The translations under genes were made by a program, and so were the position numbers. Shown here piece by piece: positions 39,017-49,107 of a stretch of DNA of 64,000 nt; position 1 is the stretch's first letter, and each line of letters opens with the position of its first letter. The DNA lies in the NCBI GenBank assembly GCA_012519985.1, contig JAAYPC010000029.1, forward strand, positions 18,194-82,193, in the 5' to 3' direction. Under the pieces are notes generated by a model that made no database searches, had not been told where the DNA came from, and saw only the letters and a list, made by a program, of their open reading frames with translations. Source of the DNA: Fibrobacter sp. (GTDB taxonomy: Bacteria; Fibrobacterota; Chitinivibrionia; Chitinivibrionales; Chitinispirillaceae).

Positions 39017-41506
39017 TCAGTATTCAATAAGTACACCGCTTTTTTCTGGCATAGATACATTACTGCTTTTGTTAACAGAAGAAGTCTTTCTTTTTTTCCC
39101 ATAAGCCATCAAAAAAAGCCAATACATCGAAAGAAGAGACAAAAGTCCAATTGATACTGCAACTGCTTTGCCTATAAATAAAGAATGAGGAATCAGCTCT
39201 ATCACATGCTTTCCCCCAGTGATCGGTACCGCCATCCAGCAATAATCAGCCTGGTAGTAGTCAGTTCTCTTTCCATCTATCCGTATCTCCCACCCGGGAT
39301 AATAGATCTCTGAGATTCGAAGAAAACCGTTCCCAGGAACTGAAATTTCTGCTTTCCTATAATTAGGAGAATACTTCTTCCAGAAAACCGACATATTTCC
39401 CTTGATTGAATCATCATTAACCTGCTGTATTTCAGGTGCGGTAGTTAAAGCCACAGTATTGCGATAATCATAACTCCCGTCATTAAGCGCACTTAATATC
39501 TGTGACGAATCCATTACCACATATCTGGACGCAAAAGATATTCTACCTAATGCACTTTCATTTCTAATCGCCATAAGCTTTCCCTGAGAACGGATAAGAT
39601 AGTATTGGACATTCGCCAGATTAAGATAAGGGTTGCCATTCTGAAGTTCTTCTGTTTTCAAATAAGCCTGACCATCTCCTGAGAAACCAATCAGGGAAGA
39701 GAAAAAGTTTCTATCCTGTTGATCTCCTCTGAAATCCCTGTACCATTTCAATTCATTATCATGAAAACCACCTACTCCTTCGAGGCCATAGATCCCTTCA
39801 CCATTTTGAACAGGCATCGCTCCAGGAAGAGAAAAACAGCGAAAGGGGGCTACTTTCATTTCATTGCTCAGTCTATTCAGTGCCTCTTCCTGCCTGATTA
39901 ATCGCGCAGGATCCATAAGCTGAATAAACCCTATTTTCTGCCCATTTGATCGAAGTGACGGCTTTTTTCCAATATCAATCCGCAACACATCCACCAGTCC
40001 GAGAATAAATACTGCAATAATAAAAAACGAAGCACTGACTTTACCTTTTATCACACCATAGAGCAATAACAGTGTACCAATTGCAAAAAACATCCAAAGC
40101 CACAGATAAGGTACAAATTGCTCTGTGAAATTTATATTAAATATAGCTTGCTTATTCTGATCAGTCAGTACAGATGCAAACAAGCTCTGAACAAAACCCT
40201 TGTTTGAAAACAAAAGAGTAACCGCTAAGCAACCACCGATTGCCAGCAATATTCCTTTAATCCACTTTTTCTGAGACACCTCATTCATGCCGGACAGCTT
40301 ACCTTCTGCAACATCCTTGAGAAACAGCCCTGCCAGTAATACTACACCAAAAGAATTCCAGAAAGTAATCATGGATGCGGCTCGGAATTTACTTACTCCA
40401 GGCACAATATGGTATGCAAGCTTGAATATGAAAGAGTGAGCACCCAATGAGTATGAAAGCACAAAAAGGGTAAATCCAGCCCAGAAATAACGATATACCC
40501 CAGGTTTCCTTATAACTGCAAGTACTCCCAGCAGTAATGCAATGGCACCAGCATATTCAGTGTTTAGCTTGAAGGGATTCTCCCCCCAGTAATAATCCAG
40601 ATAATTTACAAATTCAGGAACCCACAAGGAGAATATTTCAGGCCAGTGCATAGACCAGGATGCCGCATACTCAAAACCCCGATCTACTCCACGAACCGAA
40701 AATGCATTCTTTACATACATATAAGAAGGGAGAAGCTGTACCAGTCCTATCCCGATACCTATAAATATGCCCAGCCAGAAATACAAGGTAAGAGAAACCG
40801 CAGTCCCCTTGCTTTTTTTCTGTACCAGTACAATCCCCATTGAAACCAACCAGTAAAAAAACAATCCCCATAACACAAAGTAAGTCATCTGAATATGAGA
40901 GGTTAAAAGCATCATCCCAATTCCCAGCCCCATAAACGATGCGTTACGTATACCAGGGCGCTCCATCAATGCCTTTAACCGCCAGACAACAAAAGGAAGT
41001 AATGCAATTACATACATCTTCCCATCGTGCCCACCGTAAATCAAAGAAACAAACTGAGGATTGAGCATGTAAAAGGTTCCGCAGACAAAAGATAGAACCC
41101 GGCTGCATCCGAAACCTTTCCGCATCAAGAGGAAAAAGAATACTCCCGCCAGGAAAACATGAAACAACATTTTCATGCCTATCGACCTGGGAATCGAAAA
41201 AAGAAGGTGCATAACCATTGATGGCGGATAAATGGCATCTCCAAAAATCGCATCTATCGATGGCATTCCAGATAACCTGGAATTAAACCACACTGGAAAT
41301 TGTTTAAATTTCAGAATCGAATCCTTCAGGAAATACCTTGCATCCAACCCCCCTAATTGATCCGAGCTGTAAAACATCATATCAGAAAAGATAAACTGAC
41401 CAAATATTAAAAGCAGCAACACTGCAAAACCTGCATAATAAAACCAGGTCTTGTGAAACAACATTTTTAAAGAAGACTCTCTCTTCTCAGGGGTTTTGTT
41501 AGTCAC
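39017..41506 (-). CDS. YfhO-family polytopic membrane protein (GT-C-like glycosyltransferase candidate)
   Basis: The 829-aa protein has many TM helices. Its C-terminal block YYPGWEIRIDGKRTDYYQADYCWMAVPITGGKHVIEL is the YfhO hallmark as I recall it. Confidence 0.6.
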   Translation of the reverse strand: MTNKTPEKRESSLKMLFHKTWFYYAGFAVLLLLIFGQFIFSDMMFYSSDQLGGLDARYFLKDSILKFKQFPVWFNSRLSGMPSIDAIFGDAIYPPSMVMHLLFSIPRSIGMKMLFHVFLAGVFFFLLMRKGFGCSRVLSFVCGTFYMLNPQFVSLIYGGHDGKMYVIALLPFVVWRLKALMERPGIRNASFMGLGIGMMLLTSHIQMTYFVLWGLFFYWLVSMGIVLVQKKSKGTAVSLTLYFWLGIFIGIGIGLVQLLPSYMYVKNAFSVRGVDRGFEYAASWSMHWPEIFSLWVPEFVNYLDYYWGENPFKLNTEYAGAIALLLGVLAVIRKPGVYRYFWAGFTLFVLSYSLGAHSFIFKLAYHIVPGVSKFRAASMITFWNSFGVVLLAGLFLKDVAEGKLSGMNEVSQKKWIKGILLAIGGCLAVTLLFSNKGFVQSLFASVLTDQNKQAIFNINFTEQFVPYLWLWMFFAIGTLLLLYGVIKGKVSASFFIIAVFILGLVDVLRIDIGKKPSLRSNGQKIGFIQLMDPARLIRQEEALNRLSNEMKVAPFRCFSLPGAMPVQNGEGIYGLEGVGGFHDNELKWYRDFRGDQQDRNFFSSLIGFSGDGQAYLKTEELQNGNPYLNLANVQYYLIRSQGKLMAIRNESALGRISFASRYVVMDSSQILSALNDGSYDYRNTVALTTAPEIQQVNDDSIKGNMSVFWKKYSPNYRKAEISVPGNGFLRISEIYYPGWEIRIDGKRTDYYQADYCWMAVPITGGKHVIELIPHSLFIGKAVAVSIGLLSLLSMYWLFLMAYGKKRKTSSVNKSSNVSMPEKSGVLIEY

Positions 41507-41653
41507 AAACTCCTCCTGTAGGATATTTATAATAGATATTTTGGTTTATATAACTTGCCGCGCTGCTGATAAGGATTTCTTAATTAAGCAGCATCTGATA
41601 TATTCTCAGCATTAAGCTAACTTTTCGATTCTTTGCAGACTTTATTGTAACTT

Positions 41654-42166
41654 TTACAATAATCTCTCTACTTCAGCCAGATTCACTACATCATACTTTT
41701 CTGCAGAATATTTACTCTTTATAATAACCGACCTGAGCCCGGGAAGTAAAATCCTGTCAGACTCCTTATCCCCAACCATCAGCGACTTACTGATATCAAT
41801 GTTAAAATCCTTTAACGCCTGAAGAATCATGCCCGGCTTCGGCTTTCGGCAGTCTGAATCTTTCTTGTATCTCTGGACTTTAGCATCAGGATGAAAAGGA
41901 CAGTAATAAAATGCATCAATCTTTATTCCCTGATCGCTGAACTGCTGCTGCATCCAATCATGAAGTCTCTTTACATCATCTTCAGTGAAGTATCCTTTTG
42001 CCACCCCAGCCTGATTCGTAACTACAATAAGCAGATATCCTTTGGATAATGCCTTTTTACATAAACTGAAAATGCCATCCGAAAAAATTATCTGTTCTGG
42101 TTTGTGGGGATATGCACAATCGATGTTGATTACTCCATCTCTGTCAAGAAACAATGCTTTTTTCAT
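41654..42166 (-). CDS. gmhB: D-glycero-D-manno-heptose 1,7-bisphosphate 7-phosphatase (HAD-IIIA)
   Basis: FLDRDGVIN, VTNQAG, CxCRKPKPGM and GDKESD motifs are present. Confidence 0.7.
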   Translation of the reverse strand: MKKALFLDRDGVINIDCAYPHKPEQIIFSDGIFSLCKKALSKGYLLIVVTNQAGVAKGYFTEDDVKRLHDWMQQQFSDQGIKIDAFYYCPFHPDAKVQRYKKDSDCRKPKPGMILQALKDFNIDISKSLMVGDKESDRILLPGLRSVIIKSKYSAEKYDVVNLAEVERLL

Positions 42167-42193
42167 CTATAGCAACTCTTAACTATCGGTTCA

Positions 42194-43480
42194 TCAATAA
42201 AACAGCACGACATCTGCAGGATCAAGGGTAAATGCAGAAGGAAGCGGCTCCTCACCGATCTTTTCAGAAAGCAAACCCATAGCCTTTGTACAGCTCTTAA
42301 CTTTTTCCGGTATCATCCATTGCTCAACATCAGTCTCTGCAGTCAATCGTTTATTAATACATACATAAACAGGAGGATTTCCACTATCCGAATTTTTCTG
42401 AAGAAAAAGAAATGGCAGATGATATTCACACAATGCACACCATTCTCCCTCTTCACCCAGAACCGCTATGTTCTTTTTTAACGCATTAATCTGCTTTATC
42501 CACAAGGAAAGATCCCATTGCGGTTTATCTACATCTTCAGGTGTTCCCTTTACTACATCCATCCTGGTGATGGCACCATACTCATACCCCATAGGCATTA
42601 GAAGTCCTTTGGAAAACAGGGCGGCAACCGCATATCTGGACTTCTGTACATCCATGGTTCCGGGTTTTACCGAGGCTAACCTTTCTGTATCGTGTGATTC
42701 CGGAAATGAAATCGAAGGAGCAATCTTCTTGTTAAGACTGTGCTGTTCAATTGCCCAGGGTTTATCAAAATTCCACCATTTTGAAGAATTAAACAAATAA
42801 TCAAAACCGACTGAAGAGAGCGCTTCAATCTCTGACATCTGACACCCAAGTGTCTCTGCATAAAATCTGGTCTGAGGATAACGCTTTTTGGATGATGAGA
42901 TCAGCCTTTGCCATAAAGCTGCAGGAACCTGATAAGCTGCATCACATCGAAACCCTAAAATTCCCATATCCTGATAAAATCTGATAAGCTCATCCCAATA
43001 ATTCCACAATCCCTCGATATCCTTACTTTTTTCGTTGTCGATTACAGCCAGATCACCCCATACTGTAACATTTGAAGCATCAGCAGGATCAACAGCATAA
43101 GGACACATCAGTTTTCCCGAAGCATCCCGTTTATACCACAATGGGTGTGATTGGGTAAGAACCGAATCAAAAGCAGTATGGTTTATTACCAGATCCATAA
43201 TCAGATCCAGTCCGTTTTCCATACACTTGCCGATAAAATTTTTTAATGGTGAAAAGTCCGAAGGGTTATCCTGTGGATCAAGAAAAGCGGGATTCAGCCG
43301 GTAATAATCCTTAACAGCATACAAACTGCCGGAAAAACCGGTCTCATGAAAAGGATTCACATAAATGGCATTAAAACCCATATCTTTAACATGAGAAATT
43401 ATATCTGCCCATTGATGTATGGTCTTGAAGTGCCTGGGAAAAAGATTGAATATTAAAGGGATATCTTTATTGCTGGTCAC
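42194..43480 (-). CDS. GH13 alpha-amylase-family glycoside hydrolase
   Basis: GH13 regions I-IV are visible: DLVINHT, GFRCDAA, FYAETLG, FPESHD. I place the start at GTG 43480, which has GGAGG 6-7 nt upstream and forms a GTGA overlap with the panC stop. The track start at 43537 would overlap panC by 61 nt. Confidence 0.75.
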   Translation of the reverse strand: MTSNKDIPLIFNLFPRHFKTIHQWADIISHVKDMGFNAIYVNPFHETGFSGSLYAVKDYYRLNPAFLDPQDNPSDFSPLKNFIGKCMENGLDLIMDLVINHTAFDSVLTQSHPLWYKRDASGKLMCPYAVDPADASNVTVWGDLAVIDNEKSKDIEGLWNYWDELIRFYQDMGILGFRCDAAYQVPAALWQRLISSSKKRYPQTRFYAETLGCQMSEIEALSSVGFDYLFNSSKWWNFDKPWAIEQHSLNKKIAPSISFPESHDTERLASVKPGTMDVQKSRYAVAALFSKGLLMPMGYEYGAITRMDVVKGTPEDVDKPQWDLSLWIKQINALKKNIAVLGEEGEWCALCEYHLPFLFLQKNSDSGNPPVYVCINKRLTAETDVEQWMIPEKVKSCTKAMGLLSEKIGEEPLPSAFTLDPADVVLFY

Positions 43481-44334
43481 AACGAGCCTCCTAAAACTAT
43501 GTTGTCTATCAGGCGAGTGCCACTCTCTAAAGTCCAACAGGCAATAGCTACAAGCGCAGTAGACTGCAAAATATCTACTGGTTTTAACTCTACAGGATCG
43601 ACTACATTAATATATTCGGGCTTAAGAAGAGATGATTGTCCTAACTCTTCAGCAATGGCCTCACTTATTACCACCGCCTTTCTCTCTCCCTGGTTAAATA
43701 ACTGCTCTGCTTTTTTCAAACTCTTATAAATTAGAGGCGCATCCTTTTTTTCTGCAACCGTAAGATAAGAATTCCTCGAGCTCATAGCCAATCCGCTTTC
43801 TTCACGGAAGATTGGAGCCGCTTCGATTTTTACTGACAGATTCAAATCTCTGACCATTCTTCGAATAACCAGCAACTGCTGAGCGTCCTTCTGTCCAAAA
43901 ACTGCAATCTGAGGATTAACAATGTTGAATAATTTTAAAACGACTGTAGCCGCTCCACGGAAAAGATTTGGTCGGCTTATTCCACAAAGACCCTCTGTTA
44001 TCTTTTCTACCGAAACGTAGGTACTGTAATGAGGAGGGTACATATCCTCGACAGAAGGAGCAAATATGATATCACAACCGGCTTCCTCAGCCAAAACGCA
44101 ATCCTGCTCGAACACTCTGGGATACTTCTGGTAATCTTCATTGGGACCAAACTGAGTCGGATTTACAAAAATGCTCATTACCGATATATCAGAATTCTCC
44201 CGGGCTATTTTAAGCAATGAAAGGTGCCCCTTGTGCAATGCCCCCATTGTAGGTACCAGTGATACAGTCCGTCCACTTGTCTGATAAGTAAGCGAAAGAT
44301 TTTTCATTTCAGCCGATGACTTTACAATTTTCAT
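43477..44334 (-). CDS. panC: pantoate--beta-alanine ligase
   Basis: PTMGALHKGHLSL, FVNPTQF, FGQKDAQQ and SSRN motifs are present. ATG 44334 is preferred. Confidence 0.9.
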   Translation of the reverse strand: MKIVKSSAEMKNLSLTYQTSGRTVSLVPTMGALHKGHLSLLKIARENSDISVMSIFVNPTQFGPNEDYQKYPRVFEQDCVLAEEAGCDIIFAPSVEDMYPPHYSTYVSVEKITEGLCGISRPNLFRGAATVVLKLFNIVNPQIAVFGQKDAQQLLVIRRMVRDLNLSVKIEAAPIFREESGLAMSSRNSYLTVAEKKDAPLIYKSLKKAEQLFNQGERKAVVISEAIAEELGQSSLLKPEYINVVDPVELKPVDILQSTALVAIACWTLESGTRLIDNIVLGGSL

Positions 44335-44393
44335 ATATTTTCCTTTTAATAAACTGTTGAGCACATTTTCCCAAGCTGCCGGCAGCTCTGATT

Positions 44394-45143
44394 TTAAAGC
44401 TGCATATCATTTTTCTTCTTGCCTGCTCTGCGCTCCACAATCAGTGTTTTATCCTTGGAGCCCATCGGCTGATAATAGGAAGTGCCATTTCTGGCCCTCA
44501 CTATCTGCTCCACGATTTCTTCAAAATCATCACTGTTATTTACAAAATCGATATCATTAGTGTTTATTATCAGTAAGGGTGTGCTGCTGTAATGAAAAAA
44601 GAAATGATTATAGGCCTGATTGAGCAGATCAATATAATCCCGATCCATATTGTACTCATAAGCACGCCCCCTTTTTTCGATGCGCTTTAACAGGACATCA
44701 GTGGAAGTCTGCAGATATACCACCAGGTCTGGCTGAGCTATTGAGGATTCCATAACCCTGGTAAGATGGTTGTAAAGAATAAGCTCGTCCTCATCCAGAT
44801 TAATGTTTGCAAATATCCTGTCTTTGGCAAATATATAATCACTGATGGTCACCTGATGAAACAGGTCCTGTTGAGCAACCATCATTGACAACTGCTTGTA
44901 ACGGGAGACCAGAAACCATAGCTGCGTCTGAAATGCAAACATTCTCCGGTCTGAATAAAACTTGGTAAGAAAAGGATTCTCCTCCGCCTCCTCCAGAATA
45001 GTCCTTGCATTAAACCGTTCAGCAAGAAGATAACTCAATGAAGTCTTACCTGCCCCTATTACTCCTTCTATACAAAGGTAATTGAAATGTAACGAACTTC
45101 GACTGTCACGGTCTGCCATCTCTGTAATCTGATCCTTTTTCAT
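44394..45143 (-). CDS. deoxynucleoside kinase family protein
   Basis: It has the P-loop IEGVIGAGKTSL, the ERS-like and DRxxxxD.IFA blocks, and the LID region RIEKRGRAYE. Confidence 0.75.
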   Translation of the reverse strand: MKKDQITEMADRDSRSSLHFNYLCIEGVIGAGKTSLSYLLAERFNARTILEEAEENPFLTKFYSDRRMFAFQTQLWFLVSRYKQLSMMVAQQDLFHQVTISDYIFAKDRIFANINLDEDELILYNHLTRVMESSIAQPDLVVYLQTSTDVLLKRIEKRGRAYEYNMDRDYIDLLNQAYNHFFFHYSSTPLLIINTNDIDFVNNSDDFEEIVEQIVRARNGTSYYQPMGSKDKTLIVERRAGKKKNDMQL

Positions 45144-45630
45144 GAAAATGGAAAATCTTTTGAGCTCTGATTTGTGGCCCCATCTGTCTGTAATGCTCTG
45201 AGACTGACATCCCTGTCCCAGGAATAAGCCAATCTGGAACTATCTGATTCATCCCTTCAAGACAAAATCTCCTGAAAAGTATCCTGGGATGGGGTATTAC
45301 AAGTTCTGAAGTATTAATGATTTGCCCTCCAAATAACAAGATATCAATATCAGCCGTTCTGGGAACCATCTGCTTCTTATTGTCTCGCCCCAGTTTTTTC
45401 TCTATCTCTTTGGTGCATTCCAAAAGTTGCTGAGCTGTACCTTCAAAACTACCACTAATAACACGGTTAATAAACCAGGGCTGGCATTCTACCCCAACAG
45501 GTTCGGTCCTTAGCAAGTCAGATTTGCGCAGTATCCCCTTCAAAACTGAGAAAAGTGCCTCCTCCATCCGGCTGATATAAATGCACTGATCACCAAGATT
45601 ACTGCCTAAACTTAATACTACAGATTCCAT
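45106..45630 (-). CDS. folK: 2-amino-4-hydroxy-6-hydroxymethyldihydropteridine diphosphokinase
   Basis: LSLGSNLGD, RTADIDILLFG and PHPR motifs are present. Confidence 0.85.
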   Translation of the reverse strand: MESVVLSLGSNLGDQCIYISRMEEALFSVLKGILRKSDLLRTEPVGVECQPWFINRVISGSFEGTAQQLLECTKEIEKKLGRDNKKQMVPRTADIDILLFGGQIINTSELVIPHPRILFRRFCLEGMNQIVPDWLIPGTGMSVSEHYRQMGPQIRAQKIFHFHEKGSDYRDGRP

Positions 45631-45681
45631 AATACACTGAAATATAGTTTATGAATAATTCATGCCTTAAGATTTGAAGAC

Positions 45682-47004
45682 CTAAAGCCGGTCTCGATAA
45701 TGAAAAGAGTTCACTGACCCAAACTCCTTAAGTTGCCTATAAATCTGTGCCTTAGGGCCCACCGCCGCAATGATCACATTTTCAGGAAAAAAACAGTTTC
45801 TTATAGTTTCATTGATACTCTCAAGACTGATCTGATCAATCATAGAATCAAAATTCTCTATATATGAATCGGCTCGATCATAAAAACGCAACCATAATAG
45901 CTTCTCCGCAATATTACCTATCCCCTCCAACTGAAAAGCCATATTGCCAATCGCAAATTGTTTGGCATTCTCCAGTTCCTTCTGCTCTACTCCATTCTCA
46001 CAAAACTCTTTGTAAGTATCCAGAATAGATTGGATCACCGTTGCTACCTGACTGTTCTGAGTTGAAGTCTGAATCAGAAAAGCCCCAAAGTATCGCTCCG
46101 AAGCTATTTGAGAGCTAATCCCGTATGTACTGCCATCAGTGCTGCGAATCCTGCTCATGAGTCTGGAGGAAAAGTTACCCCCGCCAAAAATGTAATTTGC
46201 CAAAATCAATTCAGCTTTCCGAGCGAAAATCTCTCCAGGCGCACTGTGCCCGATTACTATCGAAGATTGGGAAAGGATCGGCTTATCAATTAATCGTACC
46301 ACTCTGCGAGGCTGCACCACCGTAGATGCTACAACCGATGGAGCATTGTTAATGTTATTAAACTCCTTTAAAAGAGATAAGTTGCTTTCTTTAAATTTTT
46401 CAGGATCAAATTTCCCTGCTACTACCAGTATCGCTTTAGTCGGAGAGAAATAATTTTTGTAAAAATCCCTCACCTTCTCTACTGTAATTTTCCTTACAGC
46501 CTCTATGGAATAAAATCTTCCGGCCGGATGCTCCTCACCGGCAAGCTCCCGGTAAAAATGACGGTTTACCAGCACTCCTGGCTCAGAAATTTCTGCCTTT
46601 AATGCAGTAATCATCTCACGCTGCAACAAGGTAAATTCACGCTGTTCCATCATCGGATCAGAAATCATCTTCCAGAATAAAGGGAAAATCTCCTGTTGCT
46701 TCGATGCAAGCATGCGTACTCCCAAAGCCACATGCTCTTCTCCGACATCCGAAAAAAGCGATGCTCCTGCATATTCCATCTTCTCATTGAACTGCTCCGC
46801 ATTCAACCGGCCACAGCCCTTCTGAAGAAGCCTGGTACACAGCTCTACTGTCCCCTCCATACCCAAAGGATCAGAAAATGTACCCACTGAGAACTGAATG
46901 ATGGCAATTAATCCATCCTGCTCATCATCAGGAACCATAATAAGGTGTAAACCATTTGAAAGCACAACCTCTTCAATTTTCGGAAATTTATAAATTCCTG
47001 CCAT
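45682..47004 (-). CDS. M16-family peptidase, non-catalytic partner subunit
   Basis: It has the M16 fold pattern but no HxxEH motif. It is adjacent to the HxxEH-bearing paralog and overlaps it by 1 nt. Confidence 0.8.
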   Translation of the reverse strand: MAGIYKFPKIEEVVLSNGLHLIMVPDDEQDGLIAIIQFSVGTFSDPLGMEGTVELCTRLLQKGCGRLNAEQFNEKMEYAGASLFSDVGEEHVALGVRMLASKQQEIFPLFWKMISDPMMEQREFTLLQREMITALKAEISEPGVLVNRHFYRELAGEEHPAGRFYSIEAVRKITVEKVRDFYKNYFSPTKAILVVAGKFDPEKFKESNLSLLKEFNNINNAPSVVASTVVQPRRVVRLIDKPILSQSSIVIGHSAPGEIFARKAELILANYIFGGGNFSSRLMSRIRSTDGSTYGISSQIASERYFGAFLIQTSTQNSQVATVIQSILDTYKEFCENGVEQKELENAKQFAIGNMAFQLEGIGNIAEKLLWLRFYDRADSYIENFDSMIDQISLESINETIRNCFFPENVIIAAVGPKAQIYRQLKEFGSVNSFHYRDRL

Positions 47005-48320
47005 CAGTTTCCCCGTCTGAATTTACCAAATAATCTGCGGAAAAGCCCCACTGCATATAGCAGAGGATTGACCTTTGATGGTCGAAGATGGAGTACATGG
47101 CATTTTGAATCATCCCAATAGGCTTGCGCCACATCCATCAACCTGCTCCCATCCAGTGTCTTCAATGCATCAAGCCGCCTCACCCACAACCGGTAATCGC
47201 CTTCGATACACTCACTGTAACCAATCTTTTGACATATATTATCAACATTGTATAATTCAAAAATTCTATTGGTTAAAATGCTGTTTTTTATCTTCTCCAT
47301 CTCTGCAATGGTAATTCCCTCAGATTTGATTTTCCTGATCTGCTCAAGAACCGCTTTTTCCACACGGGAAACAGCCATATCAGGAGTGAAAGCAGCAAAA
47401 AATAACGACATGCCGGCAAATTTCAACATATGATTTATCCCACCAGACATAACCGCTACCGATTGTTTCCTGACAATCTCCTTGTGCAATCTGCTGCTCT
47501 CTCCACCGGAAAGCACCTGCTGCAATATCTCCATCGGAACCGCGTCTTCATGCGAAGAAGAGGGAGCCGGAAAACCGACTATCAATATCGGCACATCAAA
47601 TTCCACCCTTCGGCTCATCCGGTTAGCCATGTTCCTGATACCCGAACGCACCAAATCCACTCTGCCAGCACCATCTGAAGGCTTCTTCTCCCCAAAATAC
47701 CTGTTTATCAGCTCAAAAATGTTTCCTTCATCAAAATCACCTACAACCACTAATACTACATTATCAGGTGAATACCATTTTTGATAATAGTCTCTGCACT
47801 GTTCAACCGTTAATGACTGAAGATCCTGCAGTTTTCCCAATGGACTTACCTCATAAGGATGTCCCCTGAAAAACTCCTGCCTGAACTCAAGAAACGCTTT
47901 AGTCAAAGGGTTATTCATGTACGTATGATACTCTTCAATGATCACCTTCTTCTCTGTTTGAAAAATATCACTTTCTAATCGCAGGGTATCCATGCGATCG
48001 GCTTCCAGCTCAAGAACCATCTCCAGTGATTTACATGGAACACTGTTCATATAAACGGTCATATCCTCTGCAGTAAAGGCATTGGAGTGCCCCCCCACAG
48101 TATTGATAAGGTTGGCATGCTCCTCAGGCTTGAATTTTGCCGACCCTCTGAACATCATATGCTCAAGGACATGACTTACTCCACGCACCCCGTCATGCTC
48201 ATTAATACTGCCTGTCTTATACCAGAGCTGTATGGAAACAATGGGTGCACCACTCTTTTTCAAACAAATGGCTTTCAGGCCGTTGTCAAATTTAAATTCT
48301 TTTATGTTGTTAAGAAGCAT
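47004..48320 (-). CDS. M16-family zinc peptidase (pitrilysin/insulinase-like)
   Basis: It has the inverted zinc motif HVLEHMMF (HxxEH) and a downstream Glu-rich region. Confidence 0.85.
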   Translation of the reverse strand: MLLNNIKEFKFDNGLKAICLKKSGAPIVSIQLWYKTGSINEHDGVRGVSHVLEHMMFRGSAKFKPEEHANLINTVGGHSNAFTAEDMTVYMNSVPCKSLEMVLELEADRMDTLRLESDIFQTEKKVIIEEYHTYMNNPLTKAFLEFRQEFFRGHPYEVSPLGKLQDLQSLTVEQCRDYYQKWYSPDNVVLVVVGDFDEGNIFELINRYFGEKKPSDGAGRVDLVRSGIRNMANRMSRRVEFDVPILIVGFPAPSSSHEDAVPMEILQQVLSGGESSRLHKEIVRKQSVAVMSGGINHMLKFAGMSLFFAAFTPDMAVSRVEKAVLEQIRKIKSEGITIAEMEKIKNSILTNRIFELYNVDNICQKIGYSECIEGDYRLWVRRLDALKTLDGSRLMDVAQAYWDDSKCHVLHLRPSKVNPLLYAVGLFRRLFGKFRRGN

Positions 48321-49107
48321 TTTGCGGTACTATCAGAAAAGGTGAATATTCTTCTTCCAGCATCTTCATTATATAATTAAACAGATCTTTTCCAGTTTCA
48401 GTACTCTGTTTCCCCGAAATCTCAGAAGTAGATCCATCCGGAAACATCTTTCTGAACAGTTGAGGATCCTTTCCTCTTTTCTTCCAGGTCCGGTATTCTC
48501 CGGGTTCCGGCAACCTATGGGCTCCACTGCGATGGCTATCCCTGAGCAGTTCCGGAAACAGAAACCGAACCAGAGAAAGAATCAGGTATTCCGATCTCCC
48601 TAACTCTTTTCCAACCCTGTTACGGCTAACCAGATCCGCCACCCTGGTATCCGACAGCAATGAAAAACACTTTACTTTTTCATTGCTGTGGTTCAACCGT
48701 TTCAAAACACAATTCAATGCAGTATCATTCTCAGATGAAACACTCAACAGTAATATCCTGCTGAATCCCTGAAATATCCAGTCCCTGCAAATTTCGGTCA
48801 ACATGTTGGTAAATGTTCTCTCTTTTATTCCGGCACATCCCTCAAATGATTTAAATGTAGTAGTGCAGCTATAATTTATCGACGGAGCCGTAAGCACCTG
48901 AAGCTTTGAAGATAATGCTTCCGCAAGCACTTCACCACAACGCGTCAGAACTCCTGTAACGGTATAAAGGCCAATCGGTTCCATAGAGCCAACCGGCACT
49001 ATCAGCGATGGACAACGATGTAAATGTTTGGAAATCTCGCCAAAATTCATATCGCATAAACGTAAAGGATCCTGGTAGAAACTGGAAAGCTGATTCACAA
49101 CAAACAT
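48310..49107 (-). CDS. creatininase-fold-like protein with degenerate metal site
   Basis: IVPVGSMEPIGLYTV aligns by eye to the creatininase family block LPVGSxEQHGPHLP. The two His residues are not conserved. Confidence 0.4.
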   Translation of the reverse strand: MFVVNQLSSFYQDPLRLCDMNFGEISKHLHRCPSLIVPVGSMEPIGLYTVTGVLTRCGEVLAEALSSKLQVLTAPSINYSCTTTFKSFEGCAGIKERTFTNMLTEICRDWIFQGFSRILLLSVSSENDTALNCVLKRLNHSNEKVKCFSLLSDTRVADLVSRNRVGKELGRSEYLILSLVRFLFPELLRDSHRSGAHRLPEPGEYRTWKKRGKDPQLFRKMFPDGSTSEISGKQSTETGKDLFNYIMKMLEEEYSPFLIVPQNAS

